NCBI GenBank assembly: GCA_963717465.1
Contig: OY970340.1
Span: 1,312,001 to 1,376,000 of the forward strand
Reading direction: 5' to 3'
Source of the DNA: Candidatus Bathyarchaeota archaeon
GTDB taxonomy: Archaea > Thermoproteota > Bathyarchaeia > Bathyarchaeales > Bathycorpusculaceae
Length of the DNA: 64,000 nt
Part shown: positions 51,287 to 61,760 of the stretch, piece by piece
Layout: the number at the start of each line of letters is the position of its first letter
Numbering within the stretch: the first letter of the stretch is position 1
Notes under the pieces: generated by a model
What the model was told of the DNA's origin: nothing
The model's database searches: none
Seen by the model: only the letters and a program-made list of their open reading frames with translations
Translations under genes and position numbers: made by a program

Positions 51287-52470
51287 ATGTTTTTAAAACG
51301 TTGGATCATTTTTGCATGGATATTTTTGGTTCTTCTTTTGTTCTTTAGCGAAGTCTTATTTTGTCAATTATCAACCAGCCAGTTGGTAGCACAAGAGAGT
51401 TTCACTTTGCCCTGCACTGTTGCTATGTATGGGAACGCTTGGGATGGCGTAATTGCCTTTGGATTGTCTGGACCCAGTAACTACTTGGTAGTCATGAGCA
51501 CCCAACGGTACCTTGCTGACTTATCACACTTCCAAGCGGCGTTATGGCGTTGCCAAGAACAATGCTACCGATAGCCTTCTCTTTCAAGGCGAACCTCAAG
51601 TTGATGGCGCCACAACAGCTCCAATTTATGCTACACATATCTGGAACTTTACTTCAAATAGTATCCAATCTTTTCCGAATGTTACTGGACACCACGAAAT
51701 TGATTATGACCCAGTTAACAATACTTTCCTAACTTTACAGAATTATGTCCGAAAGGTTGGAAATAATTCCTATCTTATTGATAAAATTGTGCAGTTTGAC
51801 GTATCGGGTAATGTTCTCTGGCGTTGGGATGCATACGACTATATACCTCTAAGCGAGTCTGATCCATTTAATCTAACCTCCACACTTAACGGAAAGACTG
51901 TGATTGATTTTACGCATGCGAATTCTCTGATCTGGGATTACAACGATAGCATTATTTACCTGAACATTCGAAACACAAACACCTTCTACAAGATTAATCA
52001 AACAACCGGCAATGTAATTTGGGCATGTGGCCAATTTGGCAATTTTTTCCCTCGTAGATTCATGGAACGCAAGTCTCAAGTTTGTGGTACCACAGTCATG
52101 ACCTTGAACAAGTAGCTCCTGATGTTTTTACTGTGTTCAATAATGATTTTGATAACACAACTAATCCAAACAACGCTAGCAGTCAACTGATCGAGGTCTC
52201 ATTAAACGAGCAGAATTATACTGCCCGCGAAACCTTCAGTTGGACTGCACCTGAACAATATTACACTCAATATCTGGGCGCAGCCATAATATTGCCCGAT
52301 GGAGATTGGATGGGTGACTTTGGCAGCTCTACGCATGAATTTTCAGAGAATGCTCCTTGGGACTTCAATAACACAAGAGCAGTTATAGTTGAAGTAAACG
52401 GACTGGGCAAATAGTGAAAACCATAACATTTCCATCTGGCTGGTTGTTTTATCCATTGTGGTCATATTAG
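51287..52470 (+). CDS. Aryl-sulfotransferase (ASST) family protein, multiply frameshifted and possibly truncated
   Basis: GHHEI, VLWRWDA, DFTHANS, NIRNTNTFYKIN, HSHD, VFNN across ORFs 51287, 51513 and 52082. Confidence 0.7.
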
Positions 52471-52692
52471 CAACCGTTTTATTCGTAGCAACGGTTATTT
52501 TCATATCAAGAAGAAAATCAGCTTAATCAAAAAGATTTTACTTCCGTTAAAGTTGATGGATCGCTCTTCTAAACACGACTAGAAAACAAGAAAATTACGC
52601 CTTTTGTTGAAGATGTGGCTAGCAAAAATTATGTTAAATAAAGAGTTGGCTGCTTTGAGAGGCGGGGAATTTCAGCAATTGTCTGGCTGTTT

Positions 52693-52938
52693 TTACTGAT
52701 TTGCGACTAGTTCGTCGAGTTCATTTATCACTACGCAACCATCATTTGCCGCCTTAGCCTTATTCCAATTAAAGACTGCAGTTTTCCAGTGTTCTATTTC
52801 TGAACTGGCCAACCTTTCTAAATCTCTGAGTTTTGTTTCGTCTACTTTGATTCCATTTACTGAAAGTGCCTGTTTGGGGTTTTTTAGTAGCAAAATTAGG
52901 AATACTTTGTTATCAAGAGCCATTTTGAATTCTGTCAC
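52693..52938 (-). CDS. Small protein with NHLP/Os1348-like leader signature
   Basis: ALDNKVFLILLLKNPKQALSVNGIKVDE; GAGGTGA RBS just upstream of GTG at 52938. Confidence 0.5.
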   Translation of the reverse strand: MTEFKMALDNKVFLILLLKNPKQALSVNGIKVDETKLRDLERLASSEIEHWKTAVFNWNKAKAANDGCVVINELDELVANQ

Positions 52939-53307
52939 CAATATCACCTCCGTCAGGATTGTACTCAAATTATGCTAGTTAGGAAAATTATTGGCACTTA
53001 ATTAAGTATTGTGTATTAATAAACAATATTTATGCTTTTAGCCCATACTACATATCGTTTTTTTTATGTTGTTTGTATCGCAATAAAAAATACTTTACCC
53101 TGAAGAATAAAACTTCGAGAACTGCTACAAATGAAAACAGACTTAAACAGTTAATTCCAATTTGTGTAATAAAAGTTTTCTTTTTTGCCTTTTTGTGGAA
53201 AAAAACTGAGTAGATTTTCCTTTTTGTAGAGAAAGACCTTTGGCTTCAGACGCTAAACTACAAATTCGGTAAAAACTATTACTTTATTCGAAAGTGAGGG
53301 AAAAAAT

Positions 53308-54096
53308 ATGCCGGAAAAAAAGGAAAATGTTGATGTAGGCTTCGAAGACAAGAAGGAAATAATGGATAACTCGGTTAACATAGAAGTTGACTTGGAGAAC
53401 TATACGAAATATCCTGTGGTAGATCCTAACAAGAGGTACAAGATAAAAGATGAACCTAAGGACGTACGGGGAGAGATTAAAGTAGACCCGAAAATAAATT
53501 TAAACGACTACAGCGGACCGTTCAAGCCAGATCTAAGGATGACGGATTTCACAAGAGAGGAACTCGCAAGAATGTATTTGATGGTCCATGAATATTTTTT
53601 ATTGTGCATTGAAGCTTGGGGAAAAGAGGTTGCAGTAAGATACGGTCTTGATGCAATGTTGGAAATCCAAAATTCCATTTGGGGCGCTGGGGTGCTTGAA
53701 GAAACAAAAAATATAAAAAGGAACTGGATGAAAATCCAAGGACATAATGTTGAAGCATTCATGAAGGATATTCAAGTTGATAATACAGGAATGTATGGTA
53801 AGTACTTTGAATGTTCCTTTGAATATGATCCGAAAGAAGATGTTGGCACACTGACTTATATGAAATGCAAAGCAGCCACTCAGTGGGAAGAACTTGGACG
53901 ACCAGATATTTTGGAGAAGACGTGTCATATGATCTGTCCGCCCTCTCTGATTGAGACTGCAAAATATTACAATCCTAATATGAAGATTGAAGTTCTAGCG
54001 ATACCTCCTCGAAAAAGCAAAGATGATGTTTGCTGCAAGTTTAGACTTAGCATGAGGAAGCCATCAGACCCTGATTACGTTAAAGTGGACTATTGA
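53308..54096 (+). CDS. DUF6125-like (V4R/ATC-hydrolase-related) Cys-containing protein
   Basis: DFTREEL...W...RYGLDA...C...C...YNPNMKIEVLAIPP...CCKF. Confidence 0.6.
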   Translation: MPEKKENVDVGFEDKKEIMDNSVNIEVDLENYTKYPVVDPNKRYKIKDEPKDVRGEIKVDPKINLNDYSGPFKPDLRMTDFTREELARMYLMVHEYFLLCIEAWGKEVAVRYGLDAMLEIQNSIWGAGVLEETKNIKRNWMKIQGHNVEAFMKDIQVDNTGMYGKYFECSFEYDPKEDVGTLTYMKCKAATQWEELGRPDILEKTCHMICPPSLIETAKYYNPNMKIEVLAIPPRKSKDDVCCKFRLSMRKPSDPDYVKVDY

Positions 54097-54235
54097 CAGC
54101 AGGCGTTAATCTGATTAATTAGAAGCAATATTCTCTTTTTTTATTTTTCCGCTGTTGTTCAATTTGGATGATATTAAAATTTTGAATTTGATCTTCTTCT
54201 TATAGAAGAAAAATTTAAAACAATTACTGGGCACA

Positions 54236-54847
54236 ATGTTTAGTATGAATAAAATTGTGAGCAGGCAAATTACATTAAGCGGAAAAGAAAATCAAAATTC
54301 GAAGTTCACGGTTGATCTGTTGGCGCAATGTGGAAAAACCGACAGAGAGGTTGCTAAAGTCTTAGGAGTAAACAACTCTACACTGTCAAAAAGAAGAAGA
54401 AAGTTAGAGCGGGAAGGCTACATAAAAGAATATACCTTTCTGCCTGACTTCCACAAACTGGGACTTGAAGTTATCGTTTTTTCCTTCTCCTCAACTACAG
54501 AAGTAGTGCCAGAAGAAAATTCTAAATTACTTCGAGAATTGGCTCAGAACACTCCCGAAATGCTATGCCTCTTTGAAGACCATGATGCAGCAGGAACAAA
54601 CTGGTTTGCCATAACTGTGCATAAAAGCTACGATGACTTTGTAGAACTATCTAAAAAAATTCAAAATGAATTAATTAACTTGCCTCGTTTACCGCATATA
54701 GAATCGAAACGTCTCGTATTCCATACGAACAAACTTGGTCCAAAACCATTCTCACTGCGAAACATGGAAGCACTATTTCAACCTACACAACCCATAACTT
54801 CATCAAAGAAGAGAAAGCATAATACGGAAAAGCCTACTGTTTTCTAA
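54236..54847 (+). CDS. Lrp/AsnC-family transcriptional regulator
   Basis: TDREVAKVLGVNNSTLSKRRRKLEREGYIKEYTFLPDFHKLG. Confidence 0.9.
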   Translation: MFSMNKIVSRQITLSGKENQNSKFTVDLLAQCGKTDREVAKVLGVNNSTLSKRRRKLEREGYIKEYTFLPDFHKLGLEVIVFSFSSTTEVVPEENSKLLRELAQNTPEMLCLFEDHDAAGTNWFAITVHKSYDDFVELSKKIQNELINLPRLPHIESKRLVFHTNKLGPKPFSLRNMEALFQPTQPITSSKKRKHNTEKPTVF

Positions 54848-54916
54848 ATAAGCAGCAGCATCAATTAATCCAAAAGAGCATTGGGAAAACGTTTTTTTGG
54901 ATACTATTTGCCAGCG

Positions 54917-55543
54917 TTATGATGGAAGCCAGGCTTTCACTATATCTCCACCTTGAGGAGCCGTGGCGCCATAAGCGTCTGCTCCGATCTCCTCTGCAAA
55001 TTTCTGTGAAACCGGAGCGCCTCCAATAATCACCTTTACCTTGTTTCTTAACTTTGCCTTTTTCAGCGATTCCATAACATCACGCATGCCAAGCATTGTC
55101 GTGGTTAACAAGGCAGACATGGCCAGCACGTCAGCTGAATTTTCTTTAACTGCCTGAACAAACCTTTCAGCGGAGACATCGCTACCAACGTCGATAACTT
55201 TAAAGCCGCTGCTTTCTAAGAGAAATCCAACTAGGTTTTTACCGATATCATGTACGTCGCCGTGAACGGTACCTAAAACTATAACGCCTGATTTCTGGGT
55301 AACTGGACCAGTTAAATGTGGTTTTAATATAGCCATTCCAGCTTTGAATGTGTCGCCAGCCACTGCTAGCTCTGGCACGAAGTAGTTACCTGCTTCAAAC
55401 TGTTTACCTGCCTCCTCGAGACCCGCCATCATAGCCTTGAGACAATCCTCTGATTTTGTGCCGTCTTTAAGTTGCTGATTAATCAGGTCCTCGATATCGT
55501 ATATTTCACCCTTAAGAATTGCATCAAAAATAACTTGTATCAA
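54917..55543 (-). CDS. Corrinoid protein (canonical MtaC/MttC-like)
   Basis: FEAGNYFVPEL, GTVHGDVHDIGKNLV, MSALLTTT, IIGGAP. Confidence 0.95.
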   Translation of the reverse strand: MIQVIFDAILKGEIYDIEDLINQQLKDGTKSEDCLKAMMAGLEEAGKQFEAGNYFVPELAVAGDTFKAGMAILKPHLTGPVTQKSGVIVLGTVHGDVHDIGKNLVGFLLESSGFKVIDVGSDVSAERFVQAVKENSADVLAMSALLTTTMLGMRDVMESLKKAKLRNKVKVIIGGAPVSQKFAEEIGADAYGATAPQGGDIVKAWLPS

Positions 55544-55545
55544 AT

Positions 55546-56742
55546 TTAGTATCTCCCGTATTTTTTAACAGTGCTGAATATAATGTTTAATTTATTTAAG
55601 TCCGTTCCCGGTGGTACCGATCCACAAGCGAGACTAACGCGGACTCGCATGCTGGTAGCCATCTGGCATATTCGCTTAACTACATCCTCCAATTCTGCTG
55701 GAGTTGAATCTCTGAGAAACTTTCCTTGAATCATGTACGAGTAGGTCTTCCCATATTTTTTAGCCATTTTAAATATAATCTCATCATATTCAGGCAGGGA
55801 AACGCCTTGAGGAGTCGTTGGGAAAATATAGTTGGTAAAAGCAAGAGAACCAAGCTTTTTAAGCGTAGGATTAGCCATGAGCTTTTCAAGCTTTTGTGGG
55901 GATGAAACCATGTATGATATACTCACTTTGTTATCCAAAGCTTTGGCTGCTTTTTGTTCATATGGCAGTACATATTTTATATAATCGTCCATGCTGAGAA
56001 CTGGTTCCGCTGCGAACTGATCAACCATCGCAGCTCCAAGCAAGTTAACACCATATTCTTTTGCCATTTTATAGTTTTGAATTACAATCTGCGTAGTTTT
56101 TTCCATAATCGCTGGCCATAAATCAGGGTTTCCGTAAGCTCTAATTTTTTTTCTGCGTTCTTCATCCTTTGATTCTACATAGTCTTTGTAAAGGCGAAAA
56201 TCTCTGGGTAAATGCTGGTCTCCCCTAAGTAACATTGCCGTGTCCCAAGGGCCATCATTAACGTAGAAGAAGAAACTGTTTGGAAAGAGTTGCGGACCTT
56301 TCTTGTACATCTCTAAATATGCCTTGAAATACCCACTTGGCGTCGAAGGTGGAACTATTTTTTGGGCGTCTTCAATGCTACCTATTGGATGTTTTGAAGC
56401 ATAAGGAACTCTGTCATCAGTTATCGTGAATTCCACTCCCATCTCGGCAGTCCCGGTTAGTGTTAGCCCTAGCCACCATGGCACCATTGCTACGTCAAAT
56501 GGGTACTTTTCATTTATTTTACCAAATAGCTCTAATTGTAAATCTGTGCTTTTAGCTAAACTTGTGTAATTGTATTTTGAATCTACAAGGTATGGCTCGA
56601 GATTTCCAGCCGCTATTGAAACAGGCACTTGGTCGGGTATTGTCATTTGTGAAAGCATGAAACGTTCAGCACCAGTTAAAGTTCCTATCCTAAGTTTTCG
56701 CTTAATCATTGCTTTCAATATTGTAACCAAGAGGTTTGCCAT
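55546..56742 (-). CDS. UroD/MtaA-fold methyltransferase-like protein
   Basis: PDQVPV, GPWDTAMLLRG, YVLPYEQK, ACGSVPPGT; 2 bp from the corrinoid gene. Confidence 0.8.
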   Translation of the reverse strand: MANLLVTILKAMIKRKLRIGTLTGAERFMLSQMTIPDQVPVSIAAGNLEPYLVDSKYNYTSLAKSTDLQLELFGKINEKYPFDVAMVPWWLGLTLTGTAEMGVEFTITDDRVPYASKHPIGSIEDAQKIVPPSTPSGYFKAYLEMYKKGPQLFPNSFFFYVNDGPWDTAMLLRGDQHLPRDFRLYKDYVESKDEERRKKIRAYGNPDLWPAIMEKTTQIVIQNYKMAKEYGVNLLGAAMVDQFAAEPVLSMDDYIKYVLPYEQKAAKALDNKVSISYMVSSPQKLEKLMANPTLKKLGSLAFTNYIFPTTPQGVSLPEYDEIIFKMAKKYGKTYSYMIQGKFLRDSTPAELEDVVKRICQMATSMRVRVSLACGSVPPGTDLNKLNIIFSTVKKYGRY

Positions 56743-56821
56743 ACTCGTCTTCTCCTTATGGAGGATTCTATGAGAGGAAATTTAACTCTTTGTTTGTATG
56801 TGATGCATACTAATAATTCGC

Positions 56822-57721
56822 TTATCGTTCATTCGCTAAGTCTGACGGTGCTGGCAGGGGACAAAGTGAACTGCTTCTATCCCAAATTTTATTAAAATAG
56901 TCTTCTAAAGTCTCAGCTATTAATCTACTATTAGTCCAAAGTCCCTTAATTTCTTCGTCTCTAACAATAGTGCGCATATTCGAAAGACCGATGAGAGCTT
57001 CTTCCTTATCCCGAATAATAAAATCTGAAGGCACATTATCAGAAGTTGTATAACGTATTTCTAATCTCAAATTGTAACTCTTAGACAGCTTAAGAATTCT
57101 TGCAGTTTTTGACGTATCCAAAGATAAATTTACAATCATTCTAATTCTTATGTTGTGCTTTCTTGATGCGCATCTAATAAAGAGTTCAATATCCCTCAAA
57201 AGCTCTGTTTCATCTTGTTTCTCGCAATATAGGCATAAAAATTCCGTGTTGCTTTCATTAAGCATTCTTTGAGATCTTGAGAAAACGCGGTCATATCCCT
57301 GCATTACCGCTGCCCTCTCTTCTGAGATAAAAGATTCAGAGCTAAACGATAGCATTTCTGATAAAACATTCAGGTCAGTTATTATTTTTCTGAGTTCATT
57401 CTTTTTGATGTCTATACATAAAGTCTTTAATTTTTTTGGAGAAACTGCAAGAAATTTCTGCGGTCTCTCTAGAGTAGCTTCCACCAAGCCGTTTTTTTGC
57501 AAGTTTTTCAAGTAACCATATGTAAGGTCTCTATTAAATCTCAAATTTCTTGCTATGTCCAGTGCTTTTAGGGGTCCAGTTCTGCAAAGAAATGTATAAA
57601 TGTTCCATTCTCGCTGCGTAAGCCCTAATGAAGTGAACACTCTCTGCTCAGCTTCATTATCACTCGTTGCATCTTTCCTCAAATATGTAGCCAACTTATT
57701 ACCCCCCCTCAATGTAATCAA
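56822..57721 (-). CDS. TrmB-family transcriptional regulator
   Basis: LGLTQREWNIYTFLCRTGPLKA; IIRDKEE, LWTN; close paralog of 60131-61021. Confidence 0.9.
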   Translation of the reverse strand: MITLRGGNKLATYLRKDATSDNEAEQRVFTSLGLTQREWNIYTFLCRTGPLKALDIARNLRFNRDLTYGYLKNLQKNGLVEATLERPQKFLAVSPKKLKTLCIDIKKNELRKIITDLNVLSEMLSFSSESFISEERAAVMQGYDRVFSRSQRMLNESNTEFLCLYCEKQDETELLRDIELFIRCASRKHNIRIRMIVNLSLDTSKTARILKLSKSYNLRLEIRYTTSDNVPSDFIIRDKEEALIGLSNMRTIVRDEEIKGLWTNSRLIAETLEDYFNKIWDRSSSLCPLPAPSDLANER

Positions 57722-57921
57722 GCTTTTTTCAAAATTATTTATAGCTTTTCGTTTTTTGCATATAGGATTAAAACACGCGCTTGTTCATTAAAAAGGTTAA
57801 AACACACTGCTAAATTTAGTCACGGTCAACCGCCATGCTGTTTGACTATCTAATAAGCACTGTAAACTTTGAATTCCACAACAAATAATGCACGCTTAAG
57901 ATAGAATTTAACCGATGCCTT

Positions 57922-59868
57922 TTATTCGAGACCCTGCTCCCAAGGTTCTTTATAATTCTCAGCAGTTTTTTCCATTATTTTAGGCACCATTTTTTGCTCT
58001 ATCTTATCTATGTCCTCGGGAGATTTTGGCTCCTCAGATTCCGGAGTTTCTGATGGTTTTGCAGCCATTAAGTAATCGATTCTTAAGATTAATTCAGCAG
58101 TTTCAAAAGCAGAATTTATCGCTTGCAGTTTAACTCGAATAGGATCACAAACGCCCTGTCTCTCCATGTCACCTGCTTCTTTTCGTGCTGAATTTATCCC
58201 AATCTTTTTCTCGCCTTTTGCATGACTTAATTTTAGCATTGGTAGCGTATCTAGCAGATTCATACCAGCGTTTTTACATAGAACAGCGCAGATGTCTTCA
58301 AATGCTTGAGCAAAAGCGTTAACGGCTAACTGTTCTTTTGTTTTGATTTGGTTGGCGTATGCTTTTAGTTGAGAGGCGATTTCAATTTCAAAAGCGCCGC
58401 CCCCGTAAACGATGCGTGGGTCTTTGTAAAATTCTCTTATAGCGGACAAGCCATCATTTATCCCGCGATATGCTTCATCAACAAATAGTTTTGAGCCGCC
58501 GCGCAAGATTATTGTTGAAGCCAAAGAATCCTCTTTTCCTGTAAAGAACGCGTAGGTTTTTTCGTACAGTTTTTGGGTTAATATTAGTTTGCTTGATCCA
58601 AAGAACTTGGGAGTTAATTCATCTATGTTATCAGTAAGAATGCCCCCAGTGACTTTTTGTATTTTCGTTAAGTCAGGCATGAGAACCCTTTTGAATGCTG
58701 AAATGCCTTTGTTTGAGAAGTATTCCAAAGCTGCATCGTCGATATTCCAATTTGAAATAATTACGTTAGCTCCTGAAGAAGCAATTTTTAGGGCCATTTC
58801 TTGAGCTATTTCTTTCTTCTTTTCTGAAAAACCATCGATATGCTCTTTCTTAGTTACGTCTATTTTTATGAGATTTTCGTATTTTGATAGTTGACCCATG
58901 GAAAAGGCTTCTATTGGTCTTGTGATAAAGGTGATCTTTGCATTTTCAACTCGTTCTGGCATTCCAAAGCGGCTCATCGGAAACTCTATAACCCAACCAT
59001 TAAACACGTAACTCTCAGACAGCAGTCCGTTTTCTATTTTTTCAACTTTAATGTTTGATAAGTCAAGCTTTCTGCCATTTTCTTCTTTTTCAGAGGCTGT
59101 TTGAGTAGCTTTTGCTACCAGATCGGTTATGTGCTTTATAGACTTCTGAGCTATTTTATTACTCATAGCCGTTGAGGCAATTTTTCTAATGGATGCGTTA
59201 TCGTAAGGATCAATTGAGACCGCAAGACTATTTGCTATTTCCACCGTTTTCGCCCACGCTTTTTGATAACCATCAATTATTGTTCTCGGATGCAGGCCCT
59301 CACCGATTAGTTTTTGCGCTTTCTGCATAAGTTTGCCGATGAGGATGATTGTTGTTTTTACTCCGTCGCCTACTTCTGTATCAACTGTTTTTGCGGTTTC
59401 AGTTATTATTTTGCCGATTGGATTTTTCAAGTTGGCTCCATAGATTATTGTGTATCCATCACTTGTTATGTCATTTAAGTTTGGAGCCCAACCTAATTCA
59501 TCTTGGATAACAGTCATTAACTTCTTTGATCCTTTGGGTCCAAATTCTGCCTCAAACATTTCGCCTATAACAGATGATAATCCAATGTAGACATCTCGAA
59601 CCTGCTTAGCATTTAAAGGGGATGTATTGCTAATCTGGCTCTTAGGCGTAAACGAATCTTCTCTAGTATGAAAGTTCTTTCTGTGACTGTTACTCACTGC
59701 GAATGCATCTCTATTCTTTACAATGAAGCAGTAGCTTTGATAGCTATATTCTTTAGTCTTTCTCTCATGAAATGAACATGGTTTATTGCTTAAAGCTGCA
59801 AGAAATTTCATATTTGTCATCGGGGCGGGCGTGAAGCTACGTTTTAAATTTTTTTGCTTCGCGTACAA
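57922..59868 (-). CDS. ths: Divergent thermosome subunit (real start probably near GTG 59697)
   Basis: FGPKGSKK, ITSDG, EVGDGVKT, GLHPRTIIDGY, GGGAFE, LILRID. Confidence 0.88.
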   Translation of the reverse strand: MYAKQKNLKRSFTPAPMTNMKFLAALSNKPCSFHERKTKEYSYQSYCFIVKNRDAFAVSNSHRKNFHTREDSFTPKSQISNTSPLNAKQVRDVYIGLSSVIGEMFEAEFGPKGSKKLMTVIQDELGWAPNLNDITSDGYTIIYGANLKNPIGKIITETAKTVDTEVGDGVKTTIILIGKLMQKAQKLIGEGLHPRTIIDGYQKAWAKTVEIANSLAVSIDPYDNASIRKIASTAMSNKIAQKSIKHITDLVAKATQTASEKEENGRKLDLSNIKVEKIENGLLSESYVFNGWVIEFPMSRFGMPERVENAKITFITRPIEAFSMGQLSKYENLIKIDVTKKEHIDGFSEKKKEIAQEMALKIASSGANVIISNWNIDDAALEYFSNKGISAFKRVLMPDLTKIQKVTGGILTDNIDELTPKFFGSSKLILTQKLYEKTYAFFTGKEDSLASTIILRGGSKLFVDEAYRGINDGLSAIREFYKDPRIVYGGGAFEIEIASQLKAYANQIKTKEQLAVNAFAQAFEDICAVLCKNAGMNLLDTLPMLKLSHAKGEKKIGINSARKEAGDMERQGVCDPIRVKLQAINSAFETAELILRIDYLMAAKPSETPESEEPKSPEDIDKIEQKMVPKIMEKTAENYKEPWEQGLE

Positions 59869-60130
59869 TTTTTCTCTTTTTCTTAGAAAGCATTATTACT
59901 TTAAATATTAGTCAAAAGTATTCGTTCCTAACTTTTTTTCGCAAAAACAGAGTCTTTAATTTTTTTTCGATGTAGCTTTTCAAAATTATTAGTTTAGTAG
60001 TTAGTCTCTTAGTGTACTCCCCTATCCGTATAAATTATTCTCACTATACTCTTTTAAAGAAAAAGTGCACATCTAAAAAGCAAGTTGTTAGGGAACTTAA
60101 GAGGTTGAGGCTGCGTTAGGAGGCAGAGGT

Positions 60131-61021
60131 TTGGTCCTAACTTCAAAAAAGCATGAAAAAAATGAAAATGAAGTTGAGAAAAGGGTTTTCACTTCGTTAG
60201 GAATTACTCAACAAGAATGGGAAATATACACATACCTATGTAGGACTGGACCACTAAAAGCGATCGATATAGCAAGAAATTCAGGGATTAATAGAGTATT
60301 AATTTATAGTTACTTAAAAAACTTGCAAAAAAAAGGCTTGGTCGAAGGTACAATTGGCGTTCCACAAAAATTTGTTGCTGTTCCCCCGAAAAAAATGATG
60401 AGTTACTGCATTGAAAATAAAAAAGATGAGATTCGTGAGATAGCAAAAGATAGAAAGCTAATTGCTAGCATGTTATCGTATAGCGCTGAATCTTTTATTC
60501 CAGAAGAAAGATTAGCAATAATTCAAGGTGTAAGCCGCGTTTTACCGAGAATTAAGAGAATGATTAATGAATGCAAGTCAGAGTTTTTATGGGTAGTATC
60601 CACGAGGCAAGATGAATCTTTGCAATGGGATGATGTTGAACGGTTTATTGAAATTGCTTCAGATAAATCGGATATTGCGATTAAGCTCATCGTCAACTCA
60701 TGCTTGAATACTCATCAATGCGCAAAGATTTTGGAAATATCCAAGAATTATAATTTAAAGCTTGAAATACGCCAATCATATTTTGAAAATGCTCCTAAAC
60801 CTTCACCCTTTGTTATACGCGATAGAGAGGAAGGTTTTTTCACTCTTTCCAGTATGCATACGTATATTAAAAAAGAGGAAGAAATTGGACTTTGGACTAA
60901 CAACAAATCCTTTATCGAAACGTTAGTGTTTCTTTTTGAAAAAATTTGGAACACAAGTAGCCCCGTATGTCTAAGTAAACCCACCGGCGTATTGCCACCC
61001 AAAAATTTTTACCCGCCTTAG
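60131..61021 (+). CDS. TrmB-family transcriptional regulator
   Basis: LGITQQEWEIYTYLCRTGPLKA; VIRDREE, LWTNN, FEKIW. Confidence 0.9.
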   Translation: MVLTSKKHEKNENEVEKRVFTSLGITQQEWEIYTYLCRTGPLKAIDIARNSGINRVLIYSYLKNLQKKGLVEGTIGVPQKFVAVPPKKMMSYCIENKKDEIREIAKDRKLIASMLSYSAESFIPEERLAIIQGVSRVLPRIKRMINECKSEFLWVVSTRQDESLQWDDVERFIEIASDKSDIAIKLIVNSCLNTHQCAKILEISKNYNLKLEIRQSYFENAPKPSPFVIRDREEGFFTLSSMHTYIKKEEEIGLWTNNKSFIETLVFLFEKIWNTSSPVCLSKPTGVLPPKNFYPP

Positions 61022-61085
61022 TAGTAATTTTACTTACAATCAAAAGTATAAAAAATAGTTTTGACAAGTCTTCATAAAAAAAGGG

Positions 61086-61592
61086 TTGTTCAAAATGGCT
61101 GTAATAAAAAGTGACGAAACGTTCGGTTTTGAATTCCGCACCGACTTATACTACAGTAAAGATCATATATGGGTAAAAGTGGAATCAGATGGAAATGTTA
61201 AAGTAGGCTTCGATGACGTAGTCGCAAAAGGTTCACATGAGATTTTCATGATGAAGTTGTTGCCTCCTGGAACAGCTGCAAAAGCAAAGGGAAAAATAGG
61301 CATTATCGAATCAAGGAAATATACAGGTCCAATTGTTTCTCCAGTTGAGGGCACGGTAGTTACCGTAAACCCTGAAGTCAAGAGATTGGGTCCAATCGCT
61401 ATAGTTGATAATTCCTATGACGTAGGCTGGTTAAGCGTGATGAAACCCTCAAATTTAGAAGCAGATTTGAAAAACCTCATGACTGGTGATGCTGCTCTTG
61501 AATGGTTTAAAAAAGAAGCTGAACCGTTAAAGGACGAAATGGAACATTACAACAATGTCCAAAAAGAGAAAAACGCAGTCTATAAAGGATAA
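61086..61592 (+). CDS. gcvH: Glycine cleavage H-like lipoyl-carrier protein (stand-alone), copy 2
   Basis: YYSKDHIWV, IESRKYTGPIVSPVEGTV, SYDVGWL. Confidence 0.88.
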   Translation: MFKMAVIKSDETFGFEFRTDLYYSKDHIWVKVESDGNVKVGFDDVVAKGSHEIFMMKLLPPGTAAKAKGKIGIIESRKYTGPIVSPVEGTVVTVNPEVKRLGPIAIVDNSYDVGWLSVMKPSNLEADLKNLMTGDAALEWFKKEAEPLKDEMEHYNNVQKEKNAVYKG

Positions 61593-61760
61593 AATAGAAA
61601 AACTCTTTTTTACCCATCAACTTAATTTTTTTCAAGAATTGCAAATAAAAATCAAGAAGATAAAGGCTGTTCAAGTTTTTATTTCTGCTAAAGGCAAAAG
61701 CTATAGTTGTTTATAAAATAAAAAAGAAGATATGACGCAAGGAAAGTATTTTAGCAATGT

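Noticed and set aside
46128..61592. Ordinary glycine cleavage system
   Set aside because: No P, T or L protein genes in the window, atypical loop sequence, and both copies sit in corrinoid modules; cannot be excluded genome-wide
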